From the NCBI RefSeq assembly GCF_038025025.1, contig NW_027117344.1:930001-994000 (forward strand): a stretch of 64,000 nt of DNA, read 5' to 3'. Shown in pieces: positions 38,942 to 50,121 of the stretch. Origin of the DNA: Phyllosticta citribraziliensis. Taxonomy: Eukaryota. Made by a program: the position numbers and the translations under genes. Within the stretch, counting starts at the first letter, position 1, and each line of letters opens with the position of its first letter. The notes under the pieces were generated by a model. That model did not search any database. It was not told the DNA's origin and was given only the letters and a program-made list of their open reading frames with translations.

Positions 38942-40159
38942 TCAGCCTGTGGTACAGCGATCACCTCTATCACCATACCACTCGCCCCCAAACTCCAAAC
39001 TCGCCTTCTCAAATCTCTCGACGCTGACACGTTCCCAACGCCATTTACACCATCTCCACTTGTAGGTCTCTACCTCTACCTCTGCGTTGAAGCTTTCCGC
39101 ACACCAGTTCTTTCTGTGCCCATCCGCAAACGGTGCACTCAATCCAAAAAAGTCCTCCTTCTCCCCCTGAGCGCGAACGTTGATCTTGCGGCTCCACCCG
39201 CGCACTTCGATGCGAACTCTCCGAGACGCCCAGTCAATGTGCGTGCTCATGAAAGGAGAAAAGTTGAGTACCCGCATGGCGAAAGGAGGTGCGAAGGTGA
39301 GAGGCTGGTCCAGGGACGGCGGGTGATGGGAGAGGAGAAAGGCGGTAGTGCCGAGAATGTGACCACCGGCGAGACAGAAGGCGCGGACAGGGACCGAATG
39401 AGGAGGGCATGGGGAGGGGGAGGGAGAAGTGCTGGATGACCATGGAGACGATGAAGATGACGACGGGACCAATCGGTCGCTAGACGAAGGGCTGTACGAG
39501 TCTGTGGCCGTGGTTGCGGTCGAGGTGCTTGAAGATGGAGATGGTGTGACGGGAGCAGGAAGGGGACCATGAGTTGGCTCGCATGCCTGAATCCAGATGT
39601 GTGCGGAAGGGAAGCTGGAAGCCCAATTCTTCTCCTGGTGTACGAGGGCAACGCCATCTCGGTCAACAGCCGCAAAATCATACAGGTTCTCCGGTATGCT
39701 CAAGCGAAAGTTGGCAAGCGAACCCAGGGTGTGGACGTGCCAGTGAAGCGGAAGTGGGAGATGAACCAGCAGACCTTCTGGTGTCGAATCTGCTGATTCC
39801 CTATTCCACGGAACTCTTGTGCTTCCATGAACAGTCGCATCAAAGGAAAAGAACTCGCAAGAGAGCGAGTACCTGGTGGTGGAGTCGCCGATGCAAGATA
39901 CAGTGCCTAATCTTGGGATGCGTAGCTCGAATGCTTCCTGGGATCCTTTGGTTACACGCTCAATGTCTTCTACCCAAATTTCGCGCTGATAGATTTGGGA
40001 CTTGTCCGTGGGTACATAGGTGAACGACACCATATGAGGCTTTGTAGGTGCTTTTGGTACGCTACATATTATCAGTGCCAAGTAGGAGCCTGATGGTAAC
40101 TTGAACTTGGAGTAGTAGCCCTCGAAAGCCGACCTCGGATGTGGCGCGAAATGTTGCAT
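38942..40159 (-). CDS. Tocopherol cyclase-like protein (VTE1/AttH-like fold), intronless, with Ser/Pro-rich insert
   Basis: FEGYYSKF, PEG, HWHV, HQEKNWASSFPSAHIWIQA and C-terminal ASLEFGG parallel the VTE1-type motifs FEGWY, EKNWG..FP..W.W.Q and A.EVGG. Confidence 0.7.
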   Translation of the reverse strand: MQHFAPHPRSAFEGYYSKFKLPSGSYLALIICSVPKAPTKPHMVSFTYVPTDKSQIYQREIWVEDIERVTKGSQEAFELRIPRLGTVSCIGDSTTRYSLSCEFFSFDATVHGSTRVPWNRESADSTPEGLLVHLPLPLHWHVHTLGSLANFRLSIPENLYDFAAVDRDGVALVHQEKNWASSFPSAHIWIQACEPTHGPLPAPVTPSPSSSTSTATTATDSYSPSSSDRLVPSSSSSSPWSSSTSPSPSPCPPHSVPVRAFCLAGGHILGTTAFLLSHHPPSLDQPLTFAPPFAMRVLNFSPFMSTHIDWASRRVRIEVRGWSRKINVRAQGEKEDFFGLSAPFADGHRKNWCAESFNAEVEVETYKWRWCKWRWERVSVERFEKASLEFGGEWYGDRGDRCTTG

Positions 40160-40561
40160 GATGAACTCGAGTTTCGTTGAAGACTTGGCGGTGGAAACAC
40201 AAGTGACTCGTGGAACAGCGCGACCCAACTTAAATGCCTGCGTGGAAAAGCTTAGTTTGTTGAAGATCTAGCGGTCTGATCGACGTTTCACAAGGGTCCT
40301 TGGGGTTTCTTTGGATGACGTCTCCTGCAGTCAGCAAGCGCCGGACGCAATTCGGACACAGCCACAACTGACGGGAAACTTGACGGTGAACAACATCAAC
40401 GATCCGTACATTGGTAGATGACATTGCTAATTGCAAATGCTTCGTGATATGAAATAGGCGACTGCCACTTGCTGATGAAAAACATGGAAAAGAAAAGCCT
40501 CTCCTACCCATCCAACTGAAAGAAAATCGTCAATCTGAGCCGATGAGAGAAGCGGTGTGAT

Positions 40562-41968
40562 CTAGAAGCAGCGCGGCGCATTGTCGCACTGTTGGATAAA
40601 TTGGTAGATGCCATCGAAGCCTTGGTATTCCAAGGGACTCTCGGCATCCGAAAGCGCAGACTCGCGAGCGTGGCTACTATGGATGCTTTCGTATCCGGAA
40701 GGCGAGGACAGCGAGACCCACGGGTTGACTTCCTCAAGCCCCTCTAGTCCCAAGTCGGACTGGGTCGAGTAGTCGACTGTACTTGACATGTCCTCTCGAG
40801 AAAGCATCGACTGCCATTGAATTGGAGCCTGGTACATTGGACGCGTTTCGGCCGGTTTGGTGTAGAAGGAGGCCTCGGATGGAGTCTTGCTTGGAGCAAA
40901 GGGGAAGAGCAGGGCGATCTCCGTGCCGGCAAATGTGTCGAAATCTTCATCCTGTCGCACAAAGCCACCCCGCACGCCTAGCTCATCACAGAGCCTCTCG
41001 ACAGTGTCTGCGTCACAACCAGGGAAGTGAACGCACAGGGTCGAGTCTTGGTGTGTGATTGGCAAGTCACCAAGCTGGGACAGCGATTTCAGGTCGTTGA
41101 GAACCATTGCGAGCTCCTTCAAAGCCCGGGAGAAATCAGCAGAGAGGACGTCGAGCAGACCCTCGGTGTTGAGGTTGGTGGACTCGGTCTTGCGCGTAAA
41201 TCCGGCAACGGAACCCAGAGGCGTCAGGGCAGTAATGGTAGGGTTAACGCTGAATTCAATAGAGGATCCTGGGGTTGCCCTGGGCAGAGTGGCCATTTTC
41301 CGGCTAACATCCTCCTGGGTAGCGCTGACAGCCCTGAACCGCTTCTCTCCGGTCCTCGGATCGAAGCCGTCAAACTGCGCCTTCTGACCACCAATCATGA
41401 AAGCGCGCACAGCCTGAGAAACATTGTGTACGACTTGAGCAGGAGCAGCGGGGCCATGCGAGAAGTATCTCGCACCTCCAACTCTCCCACCTCCGATGGA
41501 GTAACCTCCAGCGGTGCGGCCGAGGGTGCCTCCGGTCAAGTTTGGCCGGAGGGTGGTGGCAAATGGAGCACGACCAGCGGACTGGTTGACGGCAGACCAA
41601 ACGCGCGAGGTAGGGCGGTCAGACTTGGAAGCCTGGCGGGCTTCGGTGGTAAAGCGACGGACAGTGGCGTTGATGTAGCTGTGAGTCGTGTACCAGCGGC
41701 CCTTGCTCTGCCTGAGAGCGGCAGCGCGAGAAAGCGGGTGCCTGGGTCCATTGCGAGCGTATACGGGGATGAGTTCGCCCTCTGCAGGACGTAGAGAGGG
41801 GGGTAATTTGTCTCGAATGAGCTGTTGGGTCTTCTTCCAAGCCTGCCTGTTTGTATTCGTCAGTACGGGAGCCTGGGCGGTTGGACCGGCACGGACGAGC
41901 AAGACTCACCGGAGCAGCTTGGAGTTCCGAGCCAACAGCTTGTGTAGATGCCCAGCGGACGGGGCCAT
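40562..41968 (-). CDS. Conserved fungal hypothetical protein (family often labelled 'casein kinase II beta 2', but no CK2-beta motifs visible); intron 41847-41909
   Basis: Long ORF with RAPFATTLRPNLTGG, ARYFSH..AAPAQVVHNVSQAVRAF, DFSRAL, LGDLPI, HFPGCDA; basic N-terminus. Confidence 0.75.
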
Positions 41969-42281
41969 GTTGGGTGTGTTGCGCCTCACGGAGCTGAGGG
42001 GAGAGTGTACTGATGCAGTGATGGAGGAGAGGGAGAGCGTGGGGGATGGGTTGGAAGGCGACCCGGTCAGTCACTCCACTGGGTCCGGTGCAGGTGGCGG
42101 TGCCAGTCACGTCATGTGAGGAGCCGAGGCGCCACCCGGACCCACGCCACGGGAAGTGATCTGCAGGGTCGTTCGTAACCCCGGACACGGCCCGAGAAGG
42201 GGACGGCAACGACGCGAGGGGGAGGCACCGGCTCCGCTCCACGCCCGGCTGGCCAACGTATGCAATCTGTCTGCACCTATC

Positions 42282-43582
42282 ATGTCCGACGACGAGGCAG
42301 ACCCTGAGCTCGTCTCGCTACTCAAGGCCCATCTCGGCCTTGGTCCTCCAGATCCATCTCTGCCTGCCGATACAAAGGTCATCGACCATGCCTCCTTCAT
42401 CTACAACAACAGCATCGATGTCGCCCTGGACATGAGAGGCACCCAGCGGGCTGCAGAGTCCATCTGGAAGCAGATGCAAGACAAAAACTACAGCACCAAC
42501 ACGTGGTCGGAGCATGAGCTGCACCCCAAGACCAAGGATGAGGCAACGGTCAATTTCATCTTTACCATGGACCTGCTCAACTTCTCCTTTTGGTCCGAGA
42601 AGAGTGAAGAGGAGCGCTTTGCTGTCATTTACAAGGGCAAGAAGTGGACTGGCTATTGGAGCCTGGTAGCCATTCTACAAAGGGCTCTCGATGGAGGTTT
42701 GTGCTGCCAACCCACGCCCGATCCAGTCTCTGATGTCTCCTTCAGAAATTCCAATTACAGATCCGTCTTTCTGGACCGACAACGACTTGTTTACTGAGGA
42801 GTTTCTCCGCACAGTCTTCAGCTCGGCCACTGATGAAGAGATTCCCCTTTTTCATGAACGTATGGTCTGCCTGCGGGAAGCTGGCCAGGTTCTGCGTGAG
42901 GTATACATGCTTCCAATTTTACTATTCTCCGCATTCGATGCTTATGTTCTCTCAGGATTTCGATGGTAGCGTCGTCAACCTTATTTCCGAAGCTCAAAAC
43001 TCTGCGGCGAAGCTGGTCAATCTTTTAGCCGATCACTTTCCTTGCTTTCGCGATGAGACCAAGTTCGAGGGCAAGAAAGTCCGCATCTTGAAGCGTGCGC
43101 AGATTTTCGTAGCAGATCTATGGGCCGCCTTCAACGGCGAAGGTTACGGCGAATTCCACGATATTGACAAAATAACAATGTTTGCCGGTAAGATTGTCCC
43201 CAGTGAGACATTGCCTGCGCTAATCGAGCTGCAGACTATCGAGTGCCGCAAATTCTACACACGCTTGGGTGCATATGGTACAGTCCACCATTGGAGAGTC
43301 GCATTCGGAGTCGAGAAGAAATAGAGTCCGGCCATACATGGGAAATCCAGCTACGAGGTAATTCACACGCCCGCTTTCCTTGATTGCTGCTCACTTTGGA
43401 TGGCTATAGGCTGCAGCATCTGGTGCGTTGAGCAACTCAGACGTGAGATTGTAAAGAACCATCCAGAAGCGAAGGTCAACGCGATTTTGATTGACTTCTT
43501 CCTCTACGACACCATGAAGGAGCTTGAAAAAACGGGGCTAGAACAGATACCGCACCATCGCACGAGAAGCATCTGGTACTGA
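42282..43582 (+). CDS. qng1: Queuosine 5'-phosphate N-glycosylase / queuosine salvage protein (DUF2419, C9orf64 family); 4 introns
   Basis: FTMDLLNFSFW, GYWSL, FPCFRD, KRAQIFVADLW, ITMFA|DYRVPQ, EIQLR|GCSIW, NAILIDFFLYD, PHHRTRSIWY. Confidence 0.93.
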
Positions 43583-45565
43583 GGTTGTCGAGATATCGGT
43601 AAATATTCCTGCTACTCATTGAAGCCACGTTTGAATGTGACCATCTTGTTGCTCAATTCGCAAGTTATATCGTATTGATGTCTCATGAGTAGGTAGGTCC
43701 ATTGGAATTTTGGGCGAGACATTTTTACGTCATCGTACGGTTATTCCGAAGTCTGAGTTTCATGCGGGTTCCTGAACCTACTACATCTGCGCCCAGCGCT
43801 GTGGAATTCGTGCGCTTAAAGGCACCTCTAGCATGTTGAGTCCATAGGAGCAATGGACGAGAACTGACCTGGTATTGAGTAGAGTGTTTGCAAAGGGGCC
43901 GGAGTCACCCAAAATGCCTCAGGATTTACAAGTTCGTTTGAAATCGCGGCGCCAGCGGATCGTGTTTCGAGTCTCGTTCAAGGAACACCCGTCACAGATC
44001 TGCCATGCGCTGCTCTTCGGGGCGAAACTTTGGTCCGTTGGGAAGTTTTGCCTGCTTATGCTCAACTAACAGACAGCAGGGTAGCGGCAGCTAAGCAATG
44101 AACCCAATTGAACTGCCGGCAGGTCCAAGCGCTGTACCGTCTCCAAACACTAGCAGATTCCCATTTCCATGTCAGGTCAAGAACCTTGCGTACTCAGCCA
44201 TATGACGCAGCGCTCGTTCGACATGTGCTTTTCCGTGACCTTTTCCGTCGAGAAAATCCAAGAGCAGATCAGGCTTGGCCGTCGAGATAGGCGGTCTGCG
44301 AAGAGCTCAATGCAGAGAGAGACTGGCATCCCTCCTCTCCCGTCTCCCGCCCAGCCGCCCAAGGCCAGGCATGCCCCCCGCGCGGGCTCCCGAAGCGGAT
44401 GACTCGCTACCGACTTTTGGCGACGCCGTTGGTTTTTACTTTCCGGCAGCTGGAAATCAGATCATTTTTTCTGGCCACGTCCACCGCATCCCTTCACGGC
44501 TCGTAGCCTCCGGTCAATCTTGCACCGGACGGGAAGGCGTGGCGGGTGAAGGTGTCGAGGCATCCCAGATGTTTTCTTTTTCCAAGAGACGGAATGCATT
44601 CAGCAGAAGCAGTGGGACTGGGCAAACTCTCGTGAACCATGTTCCGAGTCGGATGAGGGTCGTTCTTCGGATCTGATCTCTCGTGGGCGCATGTGAGTTG
44701 GAGTCGGTCAAGAAATCAGTGAATCAGAAGGCGCAACGTGGGACTTTTATGGCCGTGGATGCTGCGGTCGTTAAGTAGATCGTGGACTTCTCCCCGGTAC
44801 CTGTTCCGATGCCACCGAGAACTGCCGACGAAGCAGATACAGTTTTCCGTTTTGGGAAGACCACAAGGCCATGCTGTCGCATTGAGCGCACCAGGGAATT
44901 GACGGCTTCCCACCCCACCGACCCTGCAACAACGTGCCGTTGCGTCCACGCGCGTCCATGGATGGCAAACTCAGGCGTGCATGCGCATCTGGTGTCTTTC
45001 CAACTCGAACTTTTGGCTCCCAAGAACGCGCCCAGCCCCAGACGTCATCGGCCTCGGCCACAGCAAGGATAATTCTACTCGAACCAGGCGACAGATTCGA
45101 GACAAGCTTGATGCCTCTTTTTACGGCTTTGGGCAAAGAGAAGCGAACTTGGCTGCGTACAATTGGAGCAGTGGGGCGCAAAGAAAGCCGCACCCCCAGG
45201 CATGTGGCAGCTGGGTCCATCCCATTCGTCCCCACGCTAACCGCAACCTTCGCGCTAGATGCAGCAAACCTTCGACTGGGGCGTCGAAACGCAGCGCAGA
45301 CGCAACGAGCCAACTCATCCGGTTCAGATGATTGGAGCAGTCAAGTTGTCGCGTGCAACGCGCACCAAGAAGGCTTTTTTGGGGGAAGGGACAGCAGAGA
45401 CGGAAAGTCTCGAAGGAGCCGCGGGCGCCTAGCAGAGTTTAGTTACTAATACCTGCAGACCATGTTGGCAAACCTAGTGCTTGCTGCTGCTGCTGGTCTA
45501 ATTCTTCTTCTTCTCTGGCCATTGTTCCTCCAGTTCATTCTTTCGAGCACAAGGGATCGCTCGTC

Positions 45566-47369
45566 ATGGAGGAGAAAACCGCCCAGCTCGTGGCCAGGGC
45601 GGGGCCGGACAAAGCCGCACCCATTCCGGCAGGTGGTCGAATCATATCGGTGAGTACCTAGCTGGGAGCCGGTCCGAAAAGGTTACTGCTACAAGCGGCT
45701 TCGTGAGGTGGTGAGCTGACCGTGCCTTTTCCCCACAATAGATGATCTTGTCCTTGCTCACACTCTCTGTACTTTCGATCCTCATTACTCGCCGCGTACA
45801 GAAAGTGGGACGATGGCTTGCGCTGCCCTTGACCGGATGGCTACTCATCCTGATCTATCTCGATTCGTATATTTTCGTTTTTGTTACTGCCATGTTCAAA
45901 GACCTGGGCATCAACGAGGATGAGATTATTTGCGATGGCGCCATTCTACTTTGTAAGTCTGCCGTGTTGACTGGGCCATGGCCTTCCCTTATTGACGCGA
46001 CCAGGTCTCGTTTGCTACATGAGTTCCAAGATATTAATATACTGCTTCTTGGTCGAGAAAGTGGTGGGTCGAAAAATGCATCATCGCCGGTCGGACGGCG
46101 TGCTAACCGAACACCTAACAGTACATTATACGAGGTTCACGGATACCTAGGATGAGGGACCCACTGTACCTTTTCAACTGTTTCGGCATGCTGTTGCCCT
46201 ATACCGTCGTGGTCATCTTGAACTTTGTGTGGTACGTCGCGTCATGAGCCCCGTGATAAACTGTATGGGCCAAGCTGACAATTGTGTAGGAGGATTTCCT
46301 ACAAGAATGAGCAAGGCATGTGCATCATAGGCATGGAAAAGAAGGCCATGATGCCGCTCATCATCTTCGATGTCGTTGTCAACGTGAGTATAAGCTTGTT
46401 CCTTTTGCATAAATGTGATACTGACTGGTTTCTTTCAGGTCTACTTGACCTCGCTCTTCCTCCTACCCCTGAGGCGTAAGGTTGCTCTCGAAATTTCCGT
46501 AGCAGTCACTGATGATTGACAGAGCTCTACTCGTACCGAGAAAGGACGAACAAAACGCTCCGCAGGATGGCCGTCCGTACCTTCTTCGGCAGCTGCGCAA
46601 CTCTCACCTCGAGCGTCACAAACCTTACCATCCTCATGGTCCTCGTTGGCGAGCCCGGATGGATATGCCTCATGTGTTGCAACGCCGACAGTAAGTCCCG
46701 CAGCTGCACGCAATGCTCCGAAGAGCATACTGACCGTTTTGGCCAGTCCTATTCTCCGTCATAGTCCTCCACTGGGTTACTTCATTCGACAGCGCTGGCC
46801 GTCAAGGCAGCTCTCTCCAGAACAACTCGAGAGGCAGCGCGGGCGGTGCACGCGGCGCTTTCAACAACAAGCTGCACCCCCAGCCAAGCGGCGACAGGCG
46901 TAGCACGACGGTGCCCTCGAAAACGGGGCGAGATGGCGTCGATTTTGACCTGGGCGACGAAGAGGAGTTCAACAGCTCGCTGAGTCGAGTGGAAAGGGCG
47001 CACATGAGCTGGAACCGCGCGCATCCCGCGACGTCGAACCCCAACGCGAATGGCGCAACTTGCAATGGCTACGACGGCTGGAACGGCGCAAAGGCGACGG
47101 TGCACACGCAGTGCGAAGCGGTGCCCATAAATCCGGGAGAAAAGTCTCCTCACGAGGTCGTGATGGCGACTGCAGGGGACGGCGACTACCGGCTTGACAG
47201 GATTGTGGTGACGAAGGAACAGACGCGCGAAGTCGAAGTCGAAGAGGTGGATTCCGAGTCGCGGAGTGTCAGCGCTTCAGGCTCCGGACGGAGTAGCAGT
47301 GATCGAAGCCAAAGTCCTCTGAAGCGCCATCATCAAGACGGGAGCCCAGAGAAGGATGACGCTGTATGA
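45566..47369 (+). CDS. Uncharacterised 7-TM GPCR-like membrane protein; ~7 introns
   Basis: Spliced hydrophobic helices: MILSLLTLSVLSIL, WLLILIYLDSYIFVF, C..AILLCLVCYMSSKILIYCFLVEKVYII, FGMLLPYTVVVIL, C.IG..MPLIIFDVVVNVYLT.LFL.PL, RTFFGS..TL.SSVTNL, WICLMCCNADILFS..VLHWVT; disordered C-tail. Confidence 0.8.
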
Positions 47370-47933
47370 TATTTCGAGGTTCGAGGTCAAGCCCATACAT
47401 TTTCCTGAGTGTTAGGGAAGCGCAAGCTGGCCGTTGTCAGCCTACAGGCGTTTGGTGTTTGGGTACACACAAGGATCCTGCGCGAGCGATACCAAATGGA
47501 CCGGACTGTACAGTTCTCTTAGTACATATTTGCAGAATACACTGCCAATGCTCTGCTACGGCTGAAGTGCTGAAGATATGAGGGAAAGTAAGGCTGAGGC
47601 GCTTGCAGTAAACGATGGCTTTAACGAGCAGAGAAGCTATGGCGCTGAAGCGGCATGTGAGCCATGTCATTCAAATCGCACTAACGACGCTGAAATCATA
47701 CTACCCGTGGTATGTAGCAAAGGACCCATTGAACTCCTGTAGTGCACCGTCCCACCATCAAGTCGTGAGGAAGAGAAATTAGACGAGAGAAGAACGGCAA
47801 TGCCCATCTCAGAAAATGAATAGCGACCAGACCCTCAAAGGCTCCCCCGGGCCCACCACTGTAGCGGTCTTGTCGTGAATAAAGACGACGGGTACCTAAC
47901 GGTGAGAGGAACCGAGAGGATCAGCATCCCTCT

Positions 47934-48530
47934 CTACGCCTTGAGCTTCTTGGAGACGGGCTTGGCGGGAGCCTCCTCGTCGTCTTCGTCGTCGTCTTCG
48001 TCGTCCTCGGAAGCCCTCTTGAAACCGGCAGCAGCGCCCTTCTGAACCATTTCGAGGAACTCGGCCTCGGTTACGGTGTCGATGTCCATCTTGGCAATCT
48101 GATCCAGCTTCTTTTGGCCGGGCTTGCTCCCGATGACGACGATGGTGCAGTCCTTGTTGACTCCAGACGGGGTCGTGGCACCGGCAGCTTGGGCCAGGTC
48201 TTGAGCTTCCTTGCGAGTCATCAAGAGAAGCGTGCCGGTGAAGGCAACAACCTCGTCCTTGAGGGCATTCTTGGTAGCTTCAGGAACCGTGGGAGCGTCG
48301 TCCTCGTCTTCGCCGTCGGCAGTACCCTTGGTCTTGGTGGACTTCTTGGCCCTGGCGGCAGCCTTTGGCTTGGAAACTGTGATGGTGCCGCCGACGATTT
48401 GGTACTCATCAACGCGGACACTTTCCTCGGAGGATTTGGCGCATTCATCGGCGCAGGCCTTGGATGCACATACGTCGATGACGGACGAGTCTTCCTCGGA
48501 CACGACGACGTAGACCTTGGTGGAGGGCAT
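47934..48530 (-). CDS. Small stand-alone BRCT-domain protein (RFC1/DNA-ligase-type BRCT), intronless
   Basis: LKDEVVAFTGTL...RKEAQDLAQAAGA....VNKDCTIVVIGSKPGQKKL..I...DI..VTEAEFLEMV; acidic stretch and KKLK tail; strong C/G-ending codon bias. Confidence 0.85.
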   Translation of the reverse strand: MPSTKVYVVVSEEDSSVIDVCASKACADECAKSSEESVRVDEYQIVGGTITVSKPKAAARAKKSTKTKGTADGEDEDDAPTVPEATKNALKDEVVAFTGTLLLMTRKEAQDLAQAAGATTPSGVNKDCTIVVIGSKPGQKKLDQIAKMDIDTVTEAEFLEMVQKGAAAGFKRASEDDEDDDEDDEEAPAKPVSKKLKA

Positions 48531-50121
48531 TTTGACAGCTTGAGTTGAGGATTTGTAGTTTGAGGGGTGTGGATTTGGTATCAGTCTTGGTCGAGCTTGA
48601 GGAGAATTGGAAGGCTGGTCTGCTGAAGTCTGTTGAGCATTAGTTCCAGCCGTGCAGCAGAAGCACATGGAGCTGACGAACCTCGTGTGAAGGTGACCGG
48701 ATTGGAGGGTAGGGTGGAAGAGAGGAGTCTGGTGGTGATGGTCGTGGAAGAGGACGACAGAAGGTCAGGTTTTAAGTAGGAAACACGTCTTGGTGAAGGA
48801 GACGCGCTGAAGGAGCATACAGCAGGCAGCAGACCCGAAACGGACTAGCCTCAGGCTGCAAGACGCGATCGCGTCGGCACTTTCAGAGCGCCAAGGCACG
48901 TGCACCCTCTGGATGAAGAGGTCCGTGCACGGCCTGGGTGTCTGTGGCCGTCTGGGCTGTCTGTCTTCTGCTCGCTGTGGGTCGGGTTGCTCGAGACAGC
49001 AATCCAACCATACGACCTCCCAAACCTCGTCTTCTCGAGCGCACGGCAGCCTGCCTCGGAGATTCCGATCGCGTCTGCAGACTGCACTCACCCGCTCGTC
49101 ACACCCTGCTCAGCCATGTCTGAAAGCGATCATCTTGACCTCGTTGCAGCTGTACGCGCTCGCTCCTGTTCCCGTGTAAGCACACCTGAAATTACAAGCC
49201 GTCTGACGCCTCTTAGCTGCTTACAAACCTACGCAATGCCAAAGCCACCCTGGGAGAAGACAGCCCTCGCTATCGGGAACTCAAAGCCATGGTTGACGAT
49301 CACATTGCCAACGCCGCCATTGCTTCCTCGGAACCCAAGTCGACAGAGCAGTCGACCCCTGACCAGAACCAGCAAACCAACTCGTTCAATCTCGCCTTTC
49401 GACCCCGCCGCCAGGGCTCGGGCTTTGGTCAATGATGTCTTTTATCAATTACGAGTATTGGCCGCCGTGCACAGCGGAAACTAAGGAGTAGTCCAGCGTA
49501 GTCCTTCGACGTGCCCTCAAGGCACCAGGGGGAAAGCAGAAGCTCGAAAGCATCGTAGAATGAAGTCGTTCGAGACCGCACATCGTCTCCGGGTCGAACG
49601 CGGTTCAAAACCAAGCCCGCCGTTGGCACAGGCAGGGAAACCAGACCAAGAAGAAAAATGAAGCTGGCGGCGGGACGGAAGAAGAAATTTACACTTGAAC
49701 TCCGTGCAATGCTGGTATCCCCCGAAAGCAATCAGAAGGCAGTCCTCCAACCAAGCGCCACGACAGAGAGCCCGCTGGATCCACTCCCTCATCCGTGGCT
49801 AGCTCCCTTGCAGCCACGCGTGGTCCTCGGTTGCTCAGCTCTTTATCAAAACCCAACATGGCATTTTTTATGACGCCGCTTCTCCAATCCCAAGCCCAAC
49901 TGGCCCACCCCCTGATTTAGAAAGATGACAAGAATTCATGCACTCGTCCGTTTGTCTCTTGAACGACATTAGGAAGCCACGCCTCGGCTTTGTTCGTAGA
50001 ATCTTTACTTTCGTGTCCTCGCGTCTTTACTTTGCCGTCGTATCCACAGTCGCTAAATTACGCATTCAAACGTCGTCGAGGAGTTGGTTTGAGTTTGCTC
50101 GTTTCCACGCAAAACGGGCAT

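Noticed and set aside
44491..44552. Three-segment hairpin upstream of the GPCR-like gene
   Set aside because: Only 4-7 bp stems in GC-rich DNA; compatible with chance.
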